Below, piece by piece: positions 18,931 through 27,532 of a DNA stretch of 64,000 nt (positions are counted from its first letter, which is position 1; the number at the start of each line of letters is the position of its first letter). A program made the translations under genes and the position numbers. The notes beneath the pieces are model-generated. The model was not told where the DNA came from, made no database searches, and was given only the letters and a program-made list of their open reading frames with translations. This stretch comes from Oscillospiraceae bacterium (lineage in GTDB: Bacteria; Bacillota; Clostridia; Oscillospirales; Ruminococcaceae): assembly GCA_900768105.1 (NCBI GenBank), contig CAAGBQ010000055.1:928-64927 (forward strand), in the 5' to 3' direction.

Positions 18931-19299
18931 TCAATATCTTATCCAGCCTGCGCTTGGCAGCAGGACATCCGCCGCCAAAAATATTGCCAGAAAGGCAACT
19001 ATGGCGCAGGCAAAAATTAAAATGCGTTTTGTTTGCCGGCGCTCGTGGGCAATGTCATCCTGACACTGCCGGATAAGTTGGTCGCGGTAGGACGGCATAG
19101 GCGGTACGATGCCAACAATGGTATCAATGGAACCTCCAAGCACTTTTACAACCGCTGCCACGGCAGAAAGTGACGGGTCGCCGGTGCTGCCGTTAATCAT
19201 TTTAACGACAGTGGATTCCGGAACGCCGGATTGGTCTGCGATTTGGCGTGAGGTCAAACCCTTCTCGTCTTTAAGCTTCTTAAGCTCGTCTGCTAACAT
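18931..19299 (-). CDS. Membrane-anchored XRE-family helix-turn-helix regulator
   Basis: HTH LTSRQIADQSGVPESTVVKMING followed by a C-terminal TM segment ILIFACAIVAFLAIFLAADVLL. Confidence 0.8.
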   Translation of the reverse strand: MLADELKKLKDEKGLTSRQIADQSGVPESTVVKMINGSTGDPSLSAVAAVVKVLGGSIDTIVGIVPPMPSYRDQLIRQCQDDIAHERRQTKRILIFACAIVAFLAIFLAADVLLPSAGWIRY

Positions 19300-19754
19300 A
19301 AAATCCCCCCAAAATCAAAAATGATTAAAAAAGTCACGCTCTCGGTCATTCAAAAACGAAAAAAGTCAAATTTGGTTATTTAAAGTCATTGTATAAAGTG
19401 GTAAGCTTTAGCTGTAAGAAACGCAAGGCGGCGCGAAGATTTCCCGCAGCTGTCAATATCTAAACAAGCGGCATAAATGCCGGTGAGTGCGGTCAGGAGA
19501 AAATATATGAAAAAAGCAGAATGGGTTTTCGGTGATGTACACAGAGTAATTACAGCTGCAGGCGAACAGTAAAAATGAAAAGTTTTTTTGACGCTTGCAG
19601 CGAAGAATTAAAAAATAGCTTTGGCAAATAGAACGCAAAGCGGCAGCTGTGCATACATATTGGATGCTCTATATATAAATTAGCACGAAATGCATCAAAT
19701 GTAAACTTTTGTGGTAATTTTTAATAGAAAACTAAAAATGTAAAGGAGAACAAA

Positions 19755-20369
19755 ATGACAAAATATAATGTATCGAAAAATGAATCTAACTGCGGCGGTA
19801 AAAAATATGATAAAAATATAGATTTGACAGAGAAAGCAGCGGACCTTTGCGAAAAAGAAATTTGCATTTATGAGGAACCGATATGTGTGGTAGACTGCGG
19901 AATTACGGAGAATAATTCAGCAGAAGAGGATACTATGCTAGAGGAAGCAAACGATTTCGGCAAAGGCTTTTCTGCAAAAAGGCTGAAAATCGGTGCGAAA
20001 ATAAGCCTTAAAGAGCTTATAAATGCACAGGTGGATGTTGATTTTGCAAAGGCAAACGGAGAAGGTATTTCCGGCTATGCAAAAGGCGCTTTTGGACGAG
20101 CAATGGCAAACGGCTACCGCGGAAACGCAATTGCGCAGGGATATCATGGCCGCGCAGCCGTAAGCGGAGAGAATTCAATAGCTGCGTCGCTTGGAGTAAA
20201 GGGAAAGGCAAGAGCGAGGATTGGCTCTTGGATAACGCTTGCCGAATGGAAACTTGTTGGGGGAAAATGGCATATTGCAGAGGTAAGAACGGAGCGTATA
20301 GACGGAGAAAAGCTGAAAGCGGACACATGGTATATTTTGAAAAACGGCGAATTTACGGAGACGGGATAA
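19755..20369 (+). CDS. Hypothetical protein with a Cys-rich N-terminus, about 8 heptad-spaced Gly/Ala repeats and a WxxxxW C-terminal module
   Basis: AAAGGAGA RBS. Repeat block ANGEGIS GYAKGAF GRAMANG YRGNAIA QGYHGRA AVSGENS IAASLGV KGKARAR. No family recognised. Confidence 0.6.
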   Translation: MTKYNVSKNESNCGGKKYDKNIDLTEKAADLCEKEICIYEEPICVVDCGITENNSAEEDTMLEEANDFGKGFSAKRLKIGAKISLKELINAQVDVDFAKANGEGISGYAKGAFGRAMANGYRGNAIAQGYHGRAAVSGENSIAASLGVKGKARARIGSWITLAEWKLVGGKWHIAEVRTERIDGEKLKADTWYILKNGEFTETG

Positions 20370-20476
20370 CAAACGCGGTGAGGAGCGCTTGCGCCGCTTT
20401 TATTGTACAAAGGTTGAATTGTTTCTCTTTTGGTGTTATAATTCAAAAAAACACCTGTATATAGAAGGGCACCATA

Positions 20477-21235
20477 ATGAGTATGGTTGATGAATTTGAT
20501 AAAAACGGCAAGCCGCTTTTTACTCCGGAACATATTTACGGAAAGCGGGATAAAATTGCGGATGTTTGCATAGTTACTTTCCATCATAGAGTGCTTGAAA
20601 AGGTGCTGGAGGAATATTCGCCCATTGTCGCGGCAAAAGCAGCGACGGCAAACGGACCGGTGAATATATATATAATTGAAAGCGGCGGGAAAAGGGTGCT
20701 GTTTTATATGAGTCCAATCGGCGCGCCCGCCGCAGGAGCAATTCTACACGAAACAAAGGCGCTTACCGGTGCGGAAAAATTTATTGTATTCGGCAGCTGC
20801 GGAGTGATTTCTCCGGAAGACTGTGCGGGAAAAATAATTGTTCCGACGGAGTCTTATCGGGACGAGGGAATGTCTTACCATTTTGTTCCGGCAGGGGATT
20901 ACATAAAGATGAAAAACAGCGGAGCCGTCACAAAATATCTTAAAGCGAAGAATGTTCCCTGTGTATGCGGCCGCAACTGGACCACGGACGCTATTTATCG
21001 TGAAACGCAGGATAACATAGCCCGCCACAGAGCGGAAGGCTGCATAAGCGTTGAAATGGAAACGGCGGGTCTTCAGGCGGTCGCAGACTATATCGGCGCA
21101 GAGCTGTTTGTTTTCTTTTTCGGCGGAGATATACTGGGAGAAAGCTGGGATATGGGAAATATGGGCGGTGAAAAGGAGCGGGCACAGCAGCATGGACTTT
21201 TTGATATTGCGCTGGGGCTTGCAGAAACAATGTGA
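20477..21235 (+). CDS. Nucleoside phosphorylase (PNP_UDP_1 family, uridine-phosphorylase-like)
   Basis: SPIGAPAAG..., FGSCGV... and SVEMETAGL motifs of the family. Confidence 0.8.
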   Translation: MSMVDEFDKNGKPLFTPEHIYGKRDKIADVCIVTFHHRVLEKVLEEYSPIVAAKAATANGPVNIYIIESGGKRVLFYMSPIGAPAAGAILHETKALTGAEKFIVFGSCGVISPEDCAGKIIVPTESYRDEGMSYHFVPAGDYIKMKNSGAVTKYLKAKNVPCVCGRNWTTDAIYRETQDNIARHRAEGCISVEMETAGLQAVADYIGAELFVFFFGGDILGESWDMGNMGGEKERAQQHGLFDIALGLAETM

Positions 21236-21237
21236 CG

Positions 21238-21267
21238 AAAAAGGGCGTGATTTACCACGCCCTTTTT
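21238..21267 (+). terminator. Intrinsic terminator
   Basis: gggcgtg-atttac-cacgccc followed by T5. Confidence 0.65.
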
Positions 21268-21278
21268 GTTACGGTTAT

Positions 21279-21307
21279 TTGACAAAGGCAAAGCGAAGTG
21301 GCATAAT
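21279..21307 (+). promoter_or_regulatory. Near-consensus sigma-A promoter driving a roughly 250-nt leader
   Basis: TTGACA-17 nt-CATAAT. Confidence 0.55.
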
Positions 21308-21563
21308 AGAGCCGTAAGAAAGGTTAAACTGCAGAAAAACAAAAGAACGGTTGAATCTCGCATATAGTGACGGTCGGGATGTACACGCCGCTTTGGATGT
21401 GATTATCCGAGTTTTTATGGTGTGAAAGTCGCTTGATGTTATGGTTGACATAAAGCCGCAGACATTTTTTGCGCCGGAGTGCAGGAGCCTTACCACAGTT
21501 GAATGATGCGGGACGAAGGCAAAATAGGACTATATGTCAGTGGTGCTTGGGAGGTAATGAAGA

Positions 21564-22331
21564 TTGGAGCTTTTGAGGGTAACGCCGGAAAATATTGAAA
21601 CGGAGCACATTTGCTGCGCCATATCAAATAACAAAGACGCACAGGTTATGTCCAAAAAAGAATGGATGAAAAATCGCTTTGCGGAAGGACTTGTGTTTTT
21701 GAAGTGCGATGTACGCGGAAAATGTTTTATAGAATACATACCTGCGGAAAGCACATGGGCGCCTGTATATGCGCCGGACTATATGTATATAAATTGTTTT
21801 TGGATTGCGGGACAGTTTAAAGGCCATGGATACTCCAACCTCCTTTTGGAGGAATGTATACGCGACAGCAGGGAAAAAGGAAAAAAGGGGTTGGCAATAC
21901 TTTCGTCAAAAAAGAAACAGGGCTTCCTTTCCGACCCAAAATATTTGCGCTATAAAGGGTTTAAGCTTGCGGATTGCGCGCCGCCATATTTTGAGCTTAT
22001 GTACCTCCCGTTTGAGGATAGTGCGGAAAGGCCGCGCTTTTATCCCTGCGTAAACGAGCCGGAGCACAGCGACATTCCGAAAGGCTTTGTAATTTATTAT
22101 ACGAGCCAATGCCCATTTAACGCAAAATATATTCCGCTGCTTAAAGCAAAGGCACAAGAGCTTGGTGCAGAGCTTACCGCAATACATATCGAAACAAAGG
22201 AGCAGGCGCAAAGCGCAAAAAGCCCGTTTACAACCTTTTCGCTTTTTTATAACGGAGAATTTGTTACCCACGAAATACTTTCGGAAGCAAAGTTTGAAAA
22301 GATAATCGCGGAAAAACAAAAGAACGGCTGA
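21564..22331 (+). CDS. GNAT N-acetyltransferase with a YoaP-like C-terminal domain
   Basis: The GNAT core has FKGHGYSNLLLEECI. The C-terminal YYTSQCPFNAKYIPLL resembles the YoaP domain. TTG start 9 nt after GGGAGG. Confidence 0.7.
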   Translation: MELLRVTPENIETEHICCAISNNKDAQVMSKKEWMKNRFAEGLVFLKCDVRGKCFIEYIPAESTWAPVYAPDYMYINCFWIAGQFKGHGYSNLLLEECIRDSREKGKKGLAILSSKKKQGFLSDPKYLRYKGFKLADCAPPYFELMYLPFEDSAERPRFYPCVNEPEHSDIPKGFVIYYTSQCPFNAKYIPLLKAKAQELGAELTAIHIETKEQAQSAKSPFTTFSLFYNGEFVTHEILSEAKFEKIIAEKQKNG

Positions 22332-22385
22332 CGCAATTTCTGTTGCACCTGCGCCGTATTAGTGATAATATAATAGCAAAAAAAT

Positions 22386-23429
22386 ATGAAAAAGAGTGAT
22401 ACTGTGGCGAAAGTTACCCTTGGTTCCACCGGAATTACTGTGGAGCAAAATGCATTTGGCGCGCTGCCCGTGCAGCGTGATAATATGGAAACGGCGGTAG
22501 CCATTCTTCAAAAAGCTTATAACGGCGGTATGAGATTTTTTGATACTGCAAGAGCATATACCGACAGCGAGGAGAAAATCGGCGAGGCGCTTTCTGGCGT
22601 GAGAGATAAAATTTATATAGCAAGCAAAACTCATGCAAAAACTCCGGAGGGATTTTGGGCCGACCTTGAAACAACCCTTAAAAATCTCCGCACGGATTAT
22701 CTTGATGTCTATCAGTTCCATATGGCGCCCCAATGTTTTGCACCGAATGACGGTACCGGAATGTACGAATGTATGCTTGAAGCAAAAAAGCGTGGGATGA
22801 TTCGCCATATCGGTATTACTGCGCACAAAATAGGCGTTGCTTTTGAAGCGGCACGGTCCGGACTGTATGAAACGCTGCAATTCCCGTTCAGCTATCTTTC
22901 CGGAGAGCGTGAAATTGAGCTTGTCAAAACCTGTCGGGAGCACAATGTCGGTTTTATTGCAATGAAAGGGCTTGCGGGCGGCCTTATAAACAATTCTGCC
23001 GCGGCATATGCCTATATTGCGCAGTATGACAATGTGCTGCCCATTTGGGGTATTCAGCGGATGAGCGAGCTTGATGAATTTTTAAGCTATATGGAAAATC
23101 CGCCGGAGATGACGGATGAAATAAAAACGCTTATTGAAGGCGACAAAGCCGCCCTTGCGGGAGATTTTTGCCGTGGATGCGGATACTGTATGCCGTGCCC
23201 CGCCGGAATCAGTATTCCGGATTGCGCGCGTATGTCGCTTATGGTGCGGCGCGCACCATCCGTAAATTGGCTTGGTGAGAAAATGCAGGCTGAAATGAAA
23301 AAGACAGAAAGTTGCCGCCACTGCGGAGCTTGTATGAAAAAATGCCCATATTCCCTCAATATTCCGGAGCTGCTTATTAAGAATTATGAGGACTACAAAA
23401 AGATATTGGCAGGAGAAATTACGGTTTAA
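22386..23429 (+). CDS. Aldo/keto reductase fused to a C-terminal 2x[4Fe-4S]-type Cys motif domain
   Basis: AKR-like N-terminus (FDTARAYTDSEE), C-terminal CRGCGYCMPCP and CRHCGACMKKCP. Confidence 0.85.
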   Translation: MKKSDTVAKVTLGSTGITVEQNAFGALPVQRDNMETAVAILQKAYNGGMRFFDTARAYTDSEEKIGEALSGVRDKIYIASKTHAKTPEGFWADLETTLKNLRTDYLDVYQFHMAPQCFAPNDGTGMYECMLEAKKRGMIRHIGITAHKIGVAFEAARSGLYETLQFPFSYLSGEREIELVKTCREHNVGFIAMKGLAGGLINNSAAAYAYIAQYDNVLPIWGIQRMSELDEFLSYMENPPEMTDEIKTLIEGDKAALAGDFCRGCGYCMPCPAGISIPDCARMSLMVRRAPSVNWLGEKMQAEMKKTESCRHCGACMKKCPYSLNIPELLIKNYEDYKKILAGEITV

Positions 23430-23455
23430 TAAAAAAGATAACCGATAAAAGAGAT

Positions 23456-23956
23456 ATGAAAAATAAAGCTTTGGTTGTTATTGACCTTCAAAATGATATT
23501 ACAAAAAATTACAAAGAAATAATTGTACAGGTAAACAATGCTATCGAGCTTGCTGCTGAAAATGATATGCATATAGTTTATATCAAGCACAACAATGTAA
23601 GTGAGGGAACAAGAACCTTCAAGCCCGGAACCCGTGGCGAGGAGTTTGTTCCGGAACTTAAAACCGTATCCGAAAATATCTTTACAAAAACTAAAAGCAA
23701 CGCTCTTACCTGCGAAGAGTTTTGCATATTTATCAAGGAAAACGGTATAACCGAATTTATTGTTGTCGGGGCGGATGCAACGGCATGCGTAAAATCCACC
23801 TGTTATAACATGACCAAAGCAGGCTATAAAGTCAGTGTTCTGTCGGATTGCGTTACAAGCTATGACAAAAAGAAAATTGACGAGATGCTGAATTACTATG
23901 CGGGAAAGGGCTGCACTGTTTGTACATTTGCCGAAGCCGCGCCGCTTTTTGAGTAA
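23456..23956 (+). CDS. Isochorismatase-family cysteine hydrolase
   Basis: ALVVIDLQND..., ...VVGADATACV (catalytic Cys). Confidence 0.85.
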   Translation: MKNKALVVIDLQNDITKNYKEIIVQVNNAIELAAENDMHIVYIKHNNVSEGTRTFKPGTRGEEFVPELKTVSENIFTKTKSNALTCEEFCIFIKENGITEFIVVGADATACVKSTCYNMTKAGYKVSVLSDCVTSYDKKKIDEMLNYYAGKGCTVCTFAEAAPLFE

Positions 23957-23975
23957 AACCGAATCTTTGCACACA

Positions 23976-24011
23976 AAAATCCCCAGACGGTAAACACCGT
24001 CGGGGGATTTT
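23976..24011. terminator. Bidirectional terminator
   Basis: aaaatcccc(a)gacgg...ccgtcgggggatttt. Confidence 0.65.
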
Positions 24012-24012
24012 G

Positions 24013-24675
24013 CTATTCGATTTCAATAAGTGAATGTGCGCCAAAGTCGAGAATCCCTCCGGTTTGATACGCAATCGGCGTATTAAAAAGCGGTCCGTCC
24101 ACGGTAATGGTGTGGTATTCGCCGTTTTCGCCGCATATGTCTATGCCGCAGCGCTCCATTTCTTCAAGCACGGCTTCATCAAGAATTTTGCCGAGCAGAT
24201 ACTTCGGAAGCTTTGTGTTATCTATGGATTTTATAATGCATTTGTAGCCAAGGTTTATTACTTCGTGGGCGTTTTCTACACGGTTTGCGTGCCAAAGGGG
24301 ATATATTGCGGAAAGCCCGGCGCTTTTGCAGCGCTCCTCGCCCCAAAGACGGTGGTCCTCAATATCAATGTCGCCGAAGCAGGCAAATTCCGCGCCCATA
24401 TTTTTAGCCTTGCACAGGGCAGTTTCCATTGCAAGGTGATATTCTTTTCCGGAAGAAGGCACGCAAAGCAGCGGAATTTGCAGCGATTCGGAATAGCGGC
24501 TTAACATTTCACCGGTTGCTCCGTGGAAAAAAGAGCGTCCGGAATCCGGATTAAACATAACCAGCAGCGCAACGGGAACGCCGCCACGGGCAACGGCCTT
24601 GTGCAGGGCAAGGGTGCTGTCCTTTCCGCAGCTGTAAGACATCACGAATTTTTTGTTTTTAAAAGAGGTGCTCAC
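24013..24675 (-). CDS. PP-loop ATP pyrophosphatase, Dph6/MJ0570-like
   Basis: N-terminal KKFVMSYSCGKDST (a variant of SGGKDS). GTG start overlapping the upstream stop (GTGA). Confidence 0.7.
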   Translation of the reverse strand: MSTSFKNKKFVMSYSCGKDSTLALHKAVARGGVPVALLVMFNPDSGRSFFHGATGEMLSRYSESLQIPLLCVPSSGKEYHLAMETALCKAKNMGAEFACFGDIDIEDHRLWGEERCKSAGLSAIYPLWHANRVENAHEVINLGYKCIIKSIDNTKLPKYLLGKILDEAVLEEMERCGIDICGENGEYHTITVDGPLFNTPIAYQTGGILDFGAHSLIEIE

Positions 24676-25613
24676 GCAATCAGCTCTTCCTCAATAAAGT
24701 ATTTCGGGCGGTGCTTTGTTTCAAGATAGGCTTTGCCTACATATTCTCCGATAACGCCGATGGCGGCAAGGTTTGTTCCCCCGCAAAGAAAAACGGAAGC
24801 GATTATCCAACCGGAAGAGCCTTTGAGCACGCCGGCAATGCTCAAAATAAGCATTATGAGCATTGCGAGCACGGAAAGCCCCGCGATGAGCACGCCCACA
24901 CCGAGTATCATTTCAATGGGGCGCGTGCTGAAGGAGGTTATGCCGTTCCACGCCAGGTCAAGCATCTTTTTTAAAGTATATTTGCTTTCGCCGGCGTGGC
25001 GTTCGTGCCTTTCGTAAAAGACAACGCCGGATTTATAGCCGATCATCGGAACCATTCCGCGCAGGAACAGGTTCACTTCTTCAAATTCGGAAAGCGCTTC
25101 AATGGCGCGGCGGCTCATAAGGCGGAAATCGGCGTGGTTAAAAATAATCTGCGCACCGAAAAGCTTCATAACTTTATAATAGCCCTCCGCAGTAAAGCGC
25201 TTCATAAATTTATCGCTGTCACGCTTGTTGCGCACGCCGTAAACAATGTCATAGCCATCGGCAAATTTGACTATCATCTGGTCAATAGCGTCAACATCAT
25301 CCTGGAGGTCGGCATCAATGGATATTGCCGCGTCACAGTGGGGCGCAGCCGCCATAAGTCCGGCATAAAGGGCGTTTTGGTGACCGCGGTTGCGTGAAAG
25401 CTTAAGCCCGCAGAAAATAGGCTTTTTTTCGTGGTATTCCTTAATCATATTCCAAGTGTCGTCGGAAGAACCGTCATCCACAAGCAGTATGCGGCTTTCT
25501 TCGGAAATCATGCCCTTGCGCATAAGCGTAAAATACTTGTCCGAAAGAATACGCACTGTTTCGGGCAGGGCTTCCTCCTCATTATAGCAGGGTACTACGG
25601 TATAAAGAATCAT
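24672..25613 (-). CDS. GT2 polyprenyl-phosphate glycosyltransferase (GtrB/CsbB/ArnC-like) with two C-terminal TM helices
   Basis: VVPCYNEEEAL, DDGSSDDT, DADLQD motifs. The ATG at 25613 has an AGGTGA RBS. Confidence 0.85.
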   Translation of the reverse strand: MILYTVVPCYNEEEALPETVRILSDKYFTLMRKGMISEESRILLVDDGSSDDTWNMIKEYHEKKPIFCGLKLSRNRGHQNALYAGLMAAAPHCDAAISIDADLQDDVDAIDQMIVKFADGYDIVYGVRNKRDSDKFMKRFTAEGYYKVMKLFGAQIIFNHADFRLMSRRAIEALSEFEEVNLFLRGMVPMIGYKSGVVFYERHERHAGESKYTLKKMLDLAWNGITSFSTRPIEMILGVGVLIAGLSVLAMLIMLILSIAGVLKGSSGWIIASVFLCGGTNLAAIGVIGEYVGKAYLETKHRPKYFIEEELIA

Positions 25614-25617
25614 TATG

Positions 25618-26382
25618 TCACCTGTCTTTCTCAATCAAATCAATTTCGTTTGCGGAAAGTTCGCGGCACTGCCCTTCGGAAAGTTCCTCCGGAAGGCAAA
25701 AACCGCCCATTGAAAGCCGCCGCAGTGCAACAACCTTTGCTCCGAAGCAGCCAAACATTCTTTTAATTTGGTGATACCGCCCTTCAAAAAGAGTTACGGT
25801 GCAGTCGTATTTTCCGCCGAAGGCAAGCCCTGCGGGCTTGCAAACGCCGTCGGAAAGGGCAACTCCGTTTTCAAAAGCCGTTTTCATCTCCGGCGTTACC
25901 GGAATATCCAGCGTTACGGAGTAGCTTTTGCGGATATGCTTTTTCGGTGAAAGTATTCTGTGGGCAAAATCACCGTCGTCTGTTATTATCATAAGTCCGG
26001 TTGTATCCTTATCCAGCCTTCCGGCAGGAAAAAGTCCTTTTCGAAAAAGCTCCCGCGGAACAAGCTCCAAAACAGTATGCTGGCTTGGGTCCTCCGTTGC
26101 GGAAACATAGCCCTGCGGTTTATTAAGTACAATATATATGTGCTTATTTTTATTTATTTTGTTGCCGCGGAGAAGAATTTCATCGTTTTCTGACACTTTA
26201 TAATCGGAAAGCTTTGTTACTGTGCCGTTTATGGCAACTTCTCCGTGGAAGATTGCGGATTTTACATCCTTTCGGGAAAGGCTTGTTCTGTCCGCTATGT
26301 ATTTATCAAGGCGCTCCGTAGCGAAACCCTCCTTTCGCGCCGCCGTTTTCGGGCGGGCTTGATTTCCGCCGCGAAAAGGCAT
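25618..26382 (-). CDS. S4-domain pseudouridine synthase (RsuA/RluB family)
   Basis: S4 motif RLDKYIA, catalytic GRLDKDTTGLMIITDDG. Confidence 0.85.
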   Translation of the reverse strand: MPFRGGNQARPKTAARKEGFATERLDKYIADRTSLSRKDVKSAIFHGEVAINGTVTKLSDYKVSENDEILLRGNKINKNKHIYIVLNKPQGYVSATEDPSQHTVLELVPRELFRKGLFPAGRLDKDTTGLMIITDDGDFAHRILSPKKHIRKSYSVTLDIPVTPEMKTAFENGVALSDGVCKPAGLAFGGKYDCTVTLFEGRYHQIKRMFGCFGAKVVALRRLSMGGFCLPEELSEGQCRELSANEIDLIEKDR

Positions 26383-26417
26383 AGAATATAGTAAATCAAA
26401 AATCGAGGTAGGCTGAA

Positions 26418-26885
26418 TTGAAAGATTTGATAAATTTTATAAAAAAGTTTTTCTCCCTGCTTTTTAAAGGCAATTTTAAAGCGCTGTTTATCGAACCGAC
26501 GGACGATGGCTTTATGCAGTTTTTTCGATATATATTTGTCGGCGGAGCTTCCTTTGTTGCGGATTATGTGCTTTTGCACCTAATAACGGAAATGGGCGTT
26601 TATTACCTGATTTCCGGAATTATTTCCTTCCTTGTCGGGCTGTGGGTAAACTACGCGCTTTCAAAGCTTTTGGTTTTCCAAAAGAAAACCTCCGGTGCGG
26701 AAAAAGCAAAGGAAATGATTGTTTTTGCCGTAGTTGCGGTAACCGGTCTTGCGATGACAGAAGGACTTATGTGGGTCTTTACCGAAAAGCTTAATTGGTA
26801 CTATATGATTTCAAAGGCTGCTGCCGCAATTATAGTGCTTTTTTGGAACTTCTTTGCCAAAAAGCTTCTGCTTTACAGAAAATAA
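26418..26885 (+). CDS. GtrA-family membrane protein
   Basis: FFRYIFVGGASFVADYVLL and four TM segments. Divergent from the GT2 operon. Confidence 0.75.
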   Translation: MKDLINFIKKFFSLLFKGNFKALFIEPTDDGFMQFFRYIFVGGASFVADYVLLHLITEMGVYYLISGIISFLVGLWVNYALSKLLVFQKKTSGAEKAKEMIVFAVVAVTGLAMTEGLMWVFTEKLNWYYMISKAAAAIIVLFWNFFAKKLLLYRK

Positions 26886-27532
26886 AGCCTGCTTATACCA
26901 AAGGTGACAAGCCCAAGGATAAAAAATGCCGCCAAAGAAAGGGCAATGTTCTGAATAAAGCGCCTTGTTCCTATAAGCTTGCGGTCAATAAAGAAGTAGG
27001 GATAGGGCGTATCTTTTCCGTATATATTTATTCCGTGAGCCGCCCTTGCAATGATATAAACGGAATATGCCACCGGTACCGCAAGCCATGCGAATATGCA
27101 CCAAAACGGAAGATTTTTATCTCCGAAAGCAAGCCAGAACAAAAGGGAGCAAAGCGGCACAATATAGTGAACGCAAAGATTGTTAGGGGTGATGATTCCG
27201 CCGGATTTTTCTGCATCGGTCATTGCCTCTCTTCTTTTTTTAATGGCAGGATAAAGAATAAAGTGATATACAAGGAATGTCATGGTTATGGCATTCGCAA
27301 CGGAATATTGCAAAACGGGGCAGCGCACGGCTGAATAAAATTTACTTTTTGGCACGAGGAATGACCCAAGCACGCAAAGCTGATATATCAGCACAAGAAT
27401 ATTGCTTAAATTTGTGTAGTATGAAAGCAGATTGTGGCTGTGGTTCGGGTTTTTCATACATCCGCCGAGAAAAAGTCCGTATATTGCCGCCGCGGTTATA
27501 ATTATGCTTAAAAGAATTTCGCCAAAAATCAT
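26873..27532 (-). CDS. Polytopic membrane protein (possibly Pr6Pr / AIG1-FAR17a-like)
   Basis: Six hydrophobic segments, YYTNLSNILV and YPYFFID motifs. Assigned from memory. ATGA overlap with ygiQ. Confidence 0.5.
   Translation of the reverse strand: MIFGEILLSIIITAAAIYGLFLGGCMKNPNHSHNLLSYYTNLSNILVLIYQLCVLGSFLVPKSKFYSAVRCPVLQYSVANAITMTFLVYHFILYPAIKKRREAMTDAEKSGGIITPNNLCVHYIVPLCSLLFWLAFGDKNLPFWCIFAWLAVPVAYSVYIIARAAHGINIYGKDTPYPYFFIDRKLIGTRRFIQNIALSLAAFFILGLVTFGISRLYFL

Noticed and set aside
21268-21563. T-box, guanidine-I (ykkC), ZTP or other named riboswitch in the long leader
   Set aside because: The conserved cores are not present (the T-box GGGUGGUACCGCG, the ykkC GGGA/ACGG elements, the ZTP CCGCCUGGG). 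The nearest string, agtggtgcttggg, is too divergent, and the downstream gene class does not fit a T-box.
18801-21600. Integrated mobile element at tRNA-Gly with att repeats and an integrase
   Set aside because: I found no integrase or recombinase ORF. By eye there is no second copy of the tRNA 3' segment. Only the weaker claim of an AT-rich accessory islet is retained.
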